Source: Selaginella moellendorffii
Taxonomy: Eukaryota; Plantae; Lycopodiophyta
Assembly: GCF_000143415.4 (NCBI RefSeq)
Contig: NW_003314281.1
Coordinates: 1,275,752 to 1,339,751, forward strand
Length of the DNA: 64,000 bases
Direction of reading: 5' to 3'
The position numbers were made by a program, and so were the translations under genes. The notes below the pieces were generated by a model. The model did not search any database, was not told the DNA's origin, and was given only the letters and a program-made list of their open reading frames with translations. Below are positions 37,150 to 48,941 of the stretch, piece by piece (the first letter of the stretch is position 1; each line of letters starts with the position of its first letter).

Positions 37150-38100
37150 AGCAGCAATGATCGATATCCAGGCCGCCACATTCTAGCTTTCCATGCTCTC
37201 AAATAACCTTGTTGCACCATTGCCAGTGGTTTCTGTATTGATCAAGAAACGCTAGAGTTCTCCGGGAGATGCAAGGAGGACTGGAATCCAACAATATGAT
37301 GTTCCTTAGCTGGAAGCTAGCGCCAAACTCACGGCCTTGAGCTCAGCAGCGACCTGATCTGCTAGCTTGGACGACACAAGGGAAGGTCTCCCACATCCTG
37401 GGAAGAGTTTCCTGGGAGAAGCTTAGCGGATGGGCCATCACTTCCCGGAGTGCAGCGAGGAGGTGACGGTGAAAGAGCCTCCTGGCATTGAGATTTCCCT
37501 ACCAGGAGCAAGAACAAGCCTCCATAATGTCATCTTGTCCGCCTTGTAGCTCCAAGAGCCGAAATACCGCGATCACGTCGACGCGTCGGCCGTGCTGCGC
37601 GTGGCCTCGTTCCAGAAGACGATATTACGCACCACTCACCACGGCCGTGGTGACGATGACACCGCAATCCATTCCAGCGGCAGTGATCCTGTCAACGATC
37701 GATTGGGCCTCGAGGAGCTCCGATAGAGCATTCAAGAACGTAGAGGCCTTGATACCGTGTAGCTCGAGGAGCTTTATTGGTAGCCCGACAGCGATACTAT
37801 TGGCATATGCCCAAAATGGGCATCTGATATGCAAAATGCATATTCAAGGAGATGCCCGCGAGGCCCAGGGAAGATTTAAATGCGTGTAACGAATATGTGA
37901 TACAATGCTCCAGACAAACGTGGCTATTTGGACCTTGCTCCTTTCTGCATATGCCCAGTATGGGCATATGTAAACAAAAACTCCATGTTGGAGAAGAATC
38001 TCGTCTCTTGAACGTCGATGCTAGCTGAATTCTCTCAATCCGGCCACACACAAGAAGCCAAGAAGATATTACACGAGATGCCTGTACGGAACATTGAGCA
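37150..38100. pseudogene. Scrambled PPR gene fragments on both strands
   Basis: ATRLFESMES.NVAAWISIIAAY (minus), ELLEAQSIVDRITAAGMDCGVIVTTAVVS (minus), AILLAYAQNGHL (plus). Confidence 0.6.
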
Positions 38101-38384
38101 TACTGACCAGCATTGTTGTCCATGACACTTGTAGGGATTAGCATGGTTTTTTGGCATTGTAGATACATCTCCAATAGCAAATGCTGCTAGCAAGCAGTTC
38201 CATGATTTACTGTGAGGTGGGTTGTTGAGGAGCAGAGTAGAGTCTGTGTACGAGATGGTTCAAGGTCTCCTATGTAAAAAAGTAATGTGAAGTTTTCGTG
38301 GCAGATTCTTCAGAGATGATTGTTCAAGTAATTGTTTCTCTGGTCAATGGAATGGAATGGACGTCCCTTATTAATATCGGGCCA

Positions 38385-39350
38385 CGCCCTGAGAGCAGCG
38401 CTTGTGTCTGAGAAGCCTCGCGAGGGACAGGTGATCTCTACACTCGCTACTTCTGCTTATGGTGAAATGGAGTGAACAGACGAACTCAGGGAGATCGCAG
38501 TCAGATTGTCTCGGCTCGTCTACGGAGCAGCTGGTTTTGGGAGAACTTTTGCTGGAGATCCACGCGAGTTTGAGGCATGGAACAAGAGAAGCTGCTCAAA
38601 GCTGTTTGTATGAAGGGAATCCAATGTGCACAGCCAGACCAGACATTCTTCTCAAGGCGCTTCTAATGACATCGTATTGGCGCATCAAATCACTTGGATA
38701 CTTTCGCAGGCAAGTCCTTGTTCTCCAGCTAGCTCTAACTCGGAGATTTATTTTCTTGAGGTGTAGATTGCCCATCCTCATCTCGGCCAGCATTGCCAAA
38801 TTATCATGCCCTTTGTGCTTTAGATCACTCCAATCAAGGTACGTTCGTTTTTCTCAACTTGTTTTGAGTTTTTGCTACTTTTTTTTTCCGGTAGCGCCGC
38901 ATGAACTCCAACAGAATTGAGGTCCATAACTCGTCGACAAAACTGCTGTTCCTACTTTTATTAATAGATAATATTAAAAATAAAATAAAATTCTAGTTTG
39001 CATTCGAACTTAGAAACTTGACCTTGCAAACATGTAGAAGCTCTTTAGAAAAAGAGGATGCAAAAATTGTACTAAAGGGATACCATAAGTCACCTTTGGT
39101 TTTCTCTTCATCACAGACTCAGTATCATTCCTTCAGTATATAGTAATCTACCCATACCTCTTAGTTTTGTGCTTTAATTCTTTTAATGCTAATCCAGACC
39201 TTATTCTTATCTGGACTCATGAAGGTGCCTTTGGACCGGAGGGATAATATAGGGTTCCTCATTGTAAGTTCATTTTTCACAATCTGCTACTATAGAGGTG
39301 TTGTTACCATTGGCCCAACCATTTCATTTCTATGTTAAAGCTCAAAGCCT
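38385..39350 (+). pseudogene. Third TTI2-like fragment followed by an inverted F-box 3' remnant (inverted relative to the duplication block)
   Basis: LLLEIHASLRHGTREAAQS in ORF 38459-38920. 38990-39350 is the reverse-complement relic of 35250-35930. Confidence 0.75.
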
Positions 39351-39667
39351 TCTTGATGATGAAAGGACTGAGCCACCTGAAAAGAACCTTGTGGATAATG
39401 CGAAATTGTGGACTCCATATTGGCTGCAACTATGAGCTGGCTGGGGTTGTGTCATGGCTAGAATTCCTGGATCATGAACGTTCACTATAAAGTATATGGA
39501 GACTCTGTAAAAGAAACATTATCACAGACAAGTAAAATAGAGTAGATATACGCTCCCAAAAAGCAAGTGTTAGAAATGCTAGACTGTGTACACCACCATG
39601 ACGGCCTCTTTCTCTGCAAGTGTATATTGCTGCAGAAGGAGTGAGAGGCAAAGTATGTTCAGTGCAG

Positions 39668-39767
39668 NNNNNNNNNNNNNNNNNNNNNNNNNNNNNNNNN
39701 NNNNNNNNNNNNNNNNNNNNNNNNNNNNNNNNNNNNNNNNNNNNNNNNNNNNNNNNNNNNNNNNNNN
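39668..39767. other. Assembly gap (100 N)
   Basis: Run of exactly 100 N. Confidence 1.
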
Positions 39768-39779
39768 ATTAGTATGGGG

Positions 39780-40260
39780 AGCATTGTCAGAAGCTCTGGA
39801 AACAATGTGGAAGCCGTGCACAAATCATCCAGTAGACCCAGAGAGCATTGTTGGAAAGCATGTGCTAGGAAGTTGCATAGGTGTTGCAAAGTCCAAAAGA
39901 GAGAACATTGTAAGAAAAGTTTCCCCATGGAGTCTGGAAAGTGGTTTTATCTTTGTGCCCTGGAGCAATGAGTAGCTAATGTAGCCCGCATAGCCAGAGT
40001 AGAGCAACCAAGTTGTCGATGATGGAGGGCACGAAGCTAACCATTGGATGATGACTGGAGGAGAGCCACTCTGTGTAGTCCACTAGATAGATGAAGTCCA
40101 CAGAAAGGAAGTGTTTCAATTCGGCCTTAGATTTGCACTTGAATCTTGTCACGAACGCCCTCTTTGAGTGTGATCTCATGATCATGTTGTCTGGGACTCC
40201 TTCAACCTGTGAATAGTCCCATGCAAAGATGTCCTTGAAGTGGTGGAGCAAGTTGACGAG
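39780..40260 (-). mobile_element. Ty3/gypsy reverse transcriptase remnant
   Basis: FKDIFAWDY, FIYLVDYTEWLS and DKTTFQTPWGNFSYNVLSFGLCN in broken frames. Confidence 0.75.
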
Positions 40261-41374
40261 TTGTGTTGCGGACTAGTTGTTGAGAGCACTTGCAAGACAG
40301 GCTGGATCCTTGTCTGCTGAGAGGAAGACTTCATGGCATCAGCTGAACAAAGCCAGAAAACAGGACACAAGGCACAAAGTTCAGCTTTTTTACTGGTCCT
40401 AAGATTCAAGGGCCCGAGATCAAGAGCCTGAGATCGAGAGCCCGAGATTTTTACTGGTCCCAGGGCCTGAGATCGCAGAGATTCAAACGCAAACAACATC
40501 TTCTCCAATCATTTTCTTCTTGTGTTTTCGATTGCTCTTAGGCCAAGGAGAGTGATACTGTGGTGGAAGCCAGCAACCAAGTTGCTCAGTGGTACATCAC
40601 GGACGAGTACAATTGTCCAGGACACAAGTTTGGATCTGGGATATCATCACAGAGGTGCATCTCATGCATTGATCAGCTAGGCGTTGAGAACACTCATCAA
40701 ACCCTAAGTACTTCCTCTATATATCCTTGGATCAAAGGAATGTATCCACATTACACACTGCATTGGGATGCCACTAACTTGTCCAAGGATAAGACGACAA
40801 CCTGAAGGAAACACAAGTGGATTGATCCAAGGCAATCTGTCAAAGGTAATTGTTGGAACTTCAAAACAAATGCAAAGGCAAAAGTATAGACATGAGCTGA
40901 GAGTAAATCTATTCTCAGAAAATTGATACTCTAATCTTTAATTGGACATAGTTTTTTATCATGTTAGTAATCACTTTATTTCCTATACTGTAGAGCATTT
41001 TTAGTTGATGTGCAATTTCTAGGTGTGTGTCCGTGAATTCCAATCATATATTGATATCACTTTGCAAGTAGCATTTATCCATTATAGAGACAAGCAATGG
41101 ACTATACAATCCTTAAAGTCAAAACTTAGCATCAACACAACACTAGCTTTCAAAAAAGAAACAGAACAATATTAGGAGGTTCCTTTTTAAGTTCCTTCTA
41201 TATTCTAAAAAAGAGAATATACTTGATAATTGTTTCAAAAAATATAAATTATTAATATTTTGAATAATAAAAAACAAGATTTAAATATAGATTAAATATA
41301 TATTATATATATATATTAATATATTATTTGGGCTTTCACTTGGTTATATTTCTTAGGTATGGATAGATAATCTA

Positions 41375-42045
41375 GAGACTACTAAGGGAGGCTTTGGGTG
41401 AAAGCCCAAAGCATGTGTTCCTTAGGGGGGGGGGGCAGCATATAGGGGGTTCCAAATGTATAGTAGGGATAGTGGGTAAGTCGAGCATGGCTGACCAACT
41501 TGAGGCATAATTTAGCTTTCGCTTGAGTGCTTATCTTTGTTCTGTGTTTGGCTTAAGTTTAAGCCCAAGTTCCACTCCATGCTAGCTGGTGGGGTACCCA
41601 TATCTTTGCGTTAGGCCATTGGTATGTCGAAATAACGCCAGACTCCGTTTAACTCTATTTTGCATGCTAGTCCTGGCATTGGGATGCTGGTTGCTCTAGG
41701 ACTGATTCAAGTCATTCCGTGCTCTTGTCCCTTCACTCCTTAGGCTGTATGCTGGGGAGTCATTTTGTGCTCCAGTGCCATTGCTCCTTAGCTCCATACT
41801 TGGGAGTTTAGCACCGTTCCTTCATTTAGTGGCCCAAGGCCCTGAAACTTAAGTTTTACACCATTGTCCTCTGGACACATAACATCATAATTAACATATA
41901 TTAAGGTCGGGACTCTTGATTGTATGATGTGAACACGATGTAGCACATGTGGTATTAACCTTTTATCCTATAGTAATTTACCATAGGATAAGCACGAAGT
42001 AGAACCTAAACCCTCTATATGCCACATGTCACATGGTTTTACAAA
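41375..42045. repeat. Degenerate copy of the LTR-like repeat at ~61270-61880 (mostly inverted)
   Basis: 41378-41880 is the reverse complement of ~61390-61875. 41950-42035 matches 61272-61372 directly. This copy has lost many CpG/CHG sites. Confidence 0.8.
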
Positions 42046-42099
42046 TAACAAGTCATGGATGGATAGTGCTTAAGCACAAAACCATTTTGTTTAGACTTG

Positions 42100-45000
42100 C
42101 TATTTAGACTTTCTTTTATAGGGAACCTTGCTATTGCTCTTTGAGTAGTTTGGTGATGGATTAGTTTTGAGTTTGGTCAGAAAGAGCATGGCATGAGTTT
42201 TTTTGTGTTGTGAATAAAAGTTAGTGGTGTTAAGTGTTGTAAATCTTTATTGGTGGGTTGTGGCATTTATGTTGCATTTTGTCGAATCAAGTTGGCACTT
42301 GATATTCATGTAAGCCTTTATAGTAGTAACAAGGCATTGCTCATGGTGTTACTTAATTAATGATCAAATCATTATAATACTTATATCATATCCATATGGT
42401 CATGAGCAATATATTTACGAAGTTGCTTGGTCAAACAATGATAAACCCCAAAGTGTTTGGTAGTGAAGCTGGTCTATTTGTAAGTAGTAGAATTGAAGTA
42501 GCTTTGACTAGATTTTCAATGGTAATTTCATTATGCTAAACTTAAGTTGGTACTTTGTTTCCTTGAGAGTTTGCGTATTGAGGTGTTGAAAAGGGTTATA
42601 ACATTCCTTTGCTATAGTTTGTTAGTTGTTTTATTAACACTTAGAGTGGATTGTTGGATGGAAAAGGTGTGTAGTTGAGGCATTAGCTTGGCTAGCACTT
42701 GTGCTAGTGGAAGTAACATTGTTATTTTGAGTGATAAAGAATTTTTCCTTAGAACTTGATTTTTCATGTCAATTCTTGTTAGTGTTTTAGCTTCACATTG
42801 GATCTTGAAGATGATTAAAAAAGAGTGTTATGCAATGTGGATATCTAAAGATATGGTCTTTGTGATCGAGTCTTGGGTATTCATTTGCATTTTGTAGATG
42901 TTGGTGTTGGATATTGAAAATATAAACATAATGTTCAATGCTTAAGCATACTGTTAGATCATAAGAATTCATGTTGAAGTGAACCTTTGTGAAGTTATTG
43001 GTAAAAGAAAGTTGGTTAAGTTTTGAAAGTTTGTACCTTTAAACTAAGAGTCATTCTTTCTTTAGGATAAAAATTTTTTGACAAATTTTCTTAGACTATT
43101 CCAATGGTTAATTTATTAATTACTTGCCTAAAAACCATTCCGTTTTCGTAAGCTAATACAAACTAGTGAAAAGGTTGGGGTTGACTTTGGTTAGCTTAGA
43201 CCTTAGCATATAGTTTGTATGATGTAGCCCAAAAGGGATGTTACCTGTTAGGGCTAAGACAATTGAGTTGAATAAAGTTTAGAGTTGGTATAGAAAAGTG
43301 GCCATTGCACTTTTTTAAGAAAGGTGGCTTTTGTGCCTTTCTTCTATAGTGTTTTGCTTGATGGTAGGTTACATCTTACATTTTATTAAATTTTATGAGG
43401 GTAGTGAGCTCTCATTGATTTTGACTTAGTCTTAATAACTTTGCACTTTAGTTAAAGATGGTAATGTCCAACTTAGTTGTTTGAGGTTTAGATGTTAGTA
43501 CCCATATTATAGCTTTGTCTATGAAGAGGTTGTGTACCAATATGAGTTCATCTCATGGTCTTTACTTTAGTTTCGGCTAAGTGTTAATTATGCATAGCTA
43601 GCCTTTTCAAGGCACACTCAGAACTATTAGCTATATACATTAGTGAGTTATTGTGGTTAAGTTAGATTCGAGTGGTCATTTAGTTCATGCTTGTTCATGT
43701 ACTTGGGGTGTTACCTTCTTGTTGGACAAGTATATAACTCAATGACTCAAATTTAGTGTTTGAGTCTTGTAAATATAAGTTGAAGAATAGTTGTTAGTTG
43801 CTTTGCGACTAGTAATTGCTTGTAGACTTCATCTTGGATTGCTGACACTTACTTCACTCAATGATACTTTAATAGTGATAGACTTGCTTTACTAGATGGT
43901 GTTATGGAGGATCATTAGCATGTTGATTCCGTTTCTATTGATGTCATTTGGTTGTATTTAGTCCATAATGCTGGATTTCATTAAGTCTTGGATTTGGTGA
44001 TTCATTCTTTGATGATGTGTTATCTGTAGCTGAGTATTATTGAAAATTTAAGTTTCAGATATTGAGTAAGGTATTTTCGACTTTGGTTAGTTTGGTTGTT
44101 AAAGAGCTTTGAGTGGTGATTCACTTTTTCTTTCTTTTAGCTTTGTTTTGGTGTTAATGGCATTGAAGTAAGCCTTATCATTGATATTGTTAATGTTAAA
44201 ATTTGAATGAAATGCAATGTCTTTTTATACGGTTAATAATGAGTTCCATTCATTTTGATAGGGTTAGTATTGATGATTTGGCTATAGCTTTATATTGTTA
44301 GCATTCATGCATTTGCTAGTTAGTAATTGTATTGACATTCAAACGAGCTAAGTAGCAAGTTGAATTAGTTGTGTTCTAGACGAGATTGTTAGTAGGGGTT
44401 GAGCTTTAGCTTTTTCTTGAAACATCATTTCGTCGTAGACTATATTAACTTTATGAGAGGAACAATTAGTAATTGATATTAGAATATTTAAATCCTTATT
44501 AAATTTGAGTTGGGATATGTCGATTATTAATAATTCTTTCTGTGTTTGTTATAAAGTGAGTTATGTCTTGCTATAGAAGATGGATTTGTGGAGGACTGAT
44601 TTGATGATCACTTGTTGAGTATAACTTCATTATGCTTAGATTTTGAACTGATGTAGACATGCTCTTTATTAGTTTTAGCATTATAAAGTTTAGCTTATGG
44701 ATGTGTTGAGGAGAATTTTATGGGTTGTACCATGATTTTTTTTTTTGCATTGAAGTTAGTTTATATGAGATTTGGCTATAGGATTTTTCAAACTTTTGGT
44801 TTTTTGAGTTTTATAATCATTATTCCATTTGTTAAAAGTTGATGAAGAAGTCATTTTGGCTCATTAACTTCGATATTGAAGTTAGTATTTACATCTAACA
44901 ATCATTGGTGATAATTGATTATCATGTAGGATATTGATTATCCTTGTTAAAGGTTTTTCTTGATTATTGTTGATATAAAATGATTTACCATTCTTCGGAA

Positions 45001-45439
45001 TGATGAATTCTTTCTTCGACGGTGATTATGAATTTGTTTATTGATTGGATGATTGATGATCTTTTATGATAGTTAGTTATTCTCTTTGATAGCTTATGGC
45101 TTTTTGCATTACCATAATTTTTTTGTGGTTTGTTCTGGATTAGTCTATTGGGTTTGATATATCACTAGGATGTTGCTGGCACTTAATTACACACCTTGAA
45201 TTCCTTAGTATTGGTTGATTGGGATCTATTCAGATTAACTAATATGATAGTATGAATAAATGTTTATTTGCTTCACAACATTCATTCTATTCTACTAATT
45301 ATTGTTACAGTTGATTTTGATAGGTTAGATGTTATTTCCTTTAGGTGATACATTCGTAAATATTTTGTTTACCAATCAATGATACTTTATGTTCTTTATG
45401 TTGCATTTTATAAATTGTTTAGCATATTTATCTAGAATC
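42100..45439. mobile_element. Unclassified, heavily C-to-T eroded transposon relic
   Basis: T/G-rich and C-depleted, with no ORF of 60 aa or more over >3 kb. A faint YLPKNH..FRK near 43120-43150 hints at a CACTA-type transposase. Confidence 0.3.
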
Positions 45440-48044
45440 AAGCTCTATTTCGTTAAAGTGGGAATTGTCATTATCCCACTTGTAAAATAAGGTTTCCAAA
45501 CCTTTATATAGTATATAAATATAACAAAATTCAACTGCATTGAGGCATATGCCATTTTATTTTAAACAAGGAAATGTCTACTCAATCACTTCTCCTCCCC
45601 CTGCCACTGCTTCACCTCTCTCTTCTCCTTGTCATCGTCGTCCAATTTCTTTCCATCCTTTTAATATTGGCTCAGTTGCTCCGAGTCTAGGTGGAGCTCA
45701 AGTCCCCATTCAATCTTTACTTTCCCCTTATTAATAAAACAACTTCGTAGACTTCCAATAACATGTTATAACACTTCTAGTATAATGCAAATCCTCTCAA
45801 AGAATTGTCTTTTAATATTAATACAATGGAATGGAACCCCATGCCATAATAAGTTACATTTTTAAATAAATACATGCCATCTCAGACTGTTATTTTTTGC
45901 CTCCAACGCCTATACAATAATCTTGGAATTTCATCACTCTCCACACTATCAGGATTTAAACCAAATAATAATGCCATCTCTTCTCTAATATGTCCACGCT
46001 CATGTTCAGTGGTCGAAGAACCCATCCGGTTGAGCAGATTATGGAGATGTGGATAGTGCTTGGCTAGACAATATACATGCCATAAATGATGACTGGTGTT
46101 TGTCCGATCAAATGGCTTCTGATATATCGTTCCATCTGCCATTTAGTTGATTTCTGCAGCCACTTCCTGGATTGGCCGGTTCTCTATCACCATCACTCCA
46201 AGCCGTTTTGCAAGGTCCCCCAGAACATACGGTTTCTTCTCCCTAGTTTCCATACTGCAAGAGATGGGGTGCACTGCATATGTGTGCGTGTTCGCTGCAG
46301 TTTTAATCGGCGAGTCATCGATGATGAGGATTTCACTTGACCTAGCAGTCCGGTTCATCACTACAGCCTCTGGCTTGACGAAGATGGGCTTGCTACCCCT
46401 CACATGGACCATAGTCAAGCAATCCTCCTGCGTTAGGAGAAAGTCAAATGGTAATATTACTCGTGTCTGATCGTGCATCATCTGTAGCAACGTTAATGCA
46501 TTGTGGCGCATCATGGATGTCCAAACTCCCAATTGCAAATTGAACCCGGCCCTCTGTTTTAAGTGTTGTCGCATGGTCATTATTAGATCCCGCAGTTTCT
46601 CCCGTGTGATTAATGTGAATCTGTCTCTTTTGACCAACTTGCGACCACAGGCTTTGGAGGGTGCAGTGACATTCGAGGACGAGCCACGCTCATTTGAGAA
46701 AAGGACACCGTTCAGATAAAAAACGATACAGTACCTTCGCCGTGACTCTGAAATGAAATGCGTCAGCATAAAAAATGGTACAAGTCAATTTTACCATCTA
46801 CAATATTAGCGAATGGTGCTCCTGATGGTCGTTGAGAGAGTTTTGGTCGAGGAAATGTGAAGGGCGGAAATACTCTCCTTTGCAATGTGGGGTCAATCGC
46901 ATCCGATGGCATGTGGGCACATGCCATTTCAGCTGTAGACTTTGGCTCAACAGTGGCATGGGGTGGTTCCGATGGCGTGTGATCACACGCCATTTCAGCT
47001 GGTGCCTCCGTTGGCAAAGTGGACATGATTGAACAGGCAGCAGGGGCGGTGTAGGGAGGTTCCAACGGCGCGTAGTCAGACGATTGGGCACATGTTGAGT
47101 CCGTTGGAAATGAGGATACGACCGGCTTGGCGGCTGGGGCGGCCTCATGCGGGTCCAATGGCGCCTGGTCACTATCAGTTGGATACGTGGACAAGATTGA
47201 CTCAGTGGTATGGGCAGCATCAAGTGGAGCGTGGTCAGCTTGCTTGGCGTTGATATGGATAGTAGCCTCCACTAGCTCTGATGACTCTTGCAGGCAAGTA
47301 GAGTCCACTGGCAGATCCATATGCATGTCCAAATATCTCCCTTCGATTGAGATGGTATCCTCCCTACTGACTACTAAAAACAAACTCATTAGCACATTGA
47401 ATCGACTATACTGTATTTACCATCAACTGCTATTGAGGAACTAGGACGGATATCACTTGGGCGCACTGCTGATTCTGAAGGATTGGACATACGTTTCGAC
47501 CCTTGCTTGGCACTATCCTTCCTCGACACTAAAGGCTAGAGTTTGTATCTTAATTCAACTGAATAATCTCTACTTATCATTTGCTTTGCAACCTACATGG
47601 ACAATGTTAGAAATGGTAAACGTTAGGAATGGATGTACTATTATTTACCTGATGGTTTGTCTTGTATGACCTTCCTCCGCTGCTCTTTGGCCACCTCAGG
47701 CTGGCCATCGTCGTCGTCGTTATTGTGATCGTCACCATTGTGAGGACCATCCAAGTCCTCTTCGTCCTCCTCTTCTTTGTCCTCCTCTTTGTCCTTCTGC
47801 TCTTCCTGCTCATTATCTTTCTCTGGCTCCTCATCCCCCTCCTGCATTTCTTCCATAGGCTGCTCAGGCTGGATGGCTTGTTCTTCCAGGACCATCTTGG
47901 GAAAATCATCTGGCCGAGTCTCCATCTCAAAATACAAGACATCCATAGCCTGTTTTAGTGCGTGACCTAGGACCGTATCCTCACCCGACTGTCTTAACAT
48001 GGTTTCTGCACGTTCTTGCACCCTTCGAAGACGACGAGATGAGA
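45440..48044. mobile_element. Truncated tandem copy of the left arm of the TIR transposon
   Basis: Starts with the same TIR, AAGCTCTATTTCGTTAAAGTGGGA (45440-45463), and is near-identical to 48501-51140. Homology ends at 48044. Confidence 0.92.
45882..48021 (-). pseudogene. Inactivated copy of the FCP1/NIF-like accessory gene
   Basis: DLNG has become YLNG, and a CAA-to-TAA stop at 46143-46145 splits the domain. The 5' exons are missing. Confidence 0.8.
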
Positions 48045-48941
48045 AAAACGTGGCCCTGACTTGAAAAGCATCCCTTATCCATTGTACCTCTCCATTGAGA
48101 TTGGGGAAGGGGAGTCCGCCATAGGAATCTGAGTCAGGAGGTGGTGACTAGCTGCTTTCACTCAGCCCTTGATCTGCAATGAATGGCATGAGCACACATG
48201 CCATAACCGCGAGGAATTACCTATCATCTTTTTGTTGCCCTTCTTCCTTTTCGAATCAAACGCCTCTAATCCCGACGACTGTCCAACGTGCTTTCGCTTT
48301 TTATGACCACTATCAGTTTGAGCTTGGCTGGTGCTTGTCTGTTTTGCCTTTGAAGAAGTGTCTCCTGCAAGGAATGGCATGAGACCACACGCCATTGCAA
48401 ATATAATTTGTACCTCCTTTTTTCCTATTGCTTGTCTGTTTGTCCTTCTTCGACGTGTCACCAGTGCGCTTTTCAGTCCTCGTGTCTGAATATTCACAAC
48501 AAGCTCTATTTCGTTAAAGTGGGAATTGTCATTATCCCACTTGTAAAATAAGGTTTCCAAACCTTTATATAGTATATAATATAACAAAATTCAATTGCAT
48601 TGAGGCACATGCCATTTTATTTTAAACAAGGAAATGTCTACTCAATCACTTCTCCTCCCCCTGCCACTGCTTCACCTCTCTCTTCTCCTTGTCATCGTCG
48701 TCCAATTTCTTTCCATCCTTTTAATATTGGCTCAGTTGCTCCAAGTCTAGGTGGAGCCCAAGTCCCCATTAAATCTTTACTTTCCCCTTATTAATAAAAC
48801 AACTTCGTAGACTTCCAATAACATGCTGTAACACTTCTAGTATAATGCAAATCCTCTCAAAGAATTGTCTTTTAATATTAATACAATGGCATGGAACCCC
48901 ATGCCATAATAAGTTACATTTTTAAATAAATACATGCCATC

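Noticed and set aside
39579-39975. ORFs spanning the N run
   Set aside because: Artefacts of the assembly gap.
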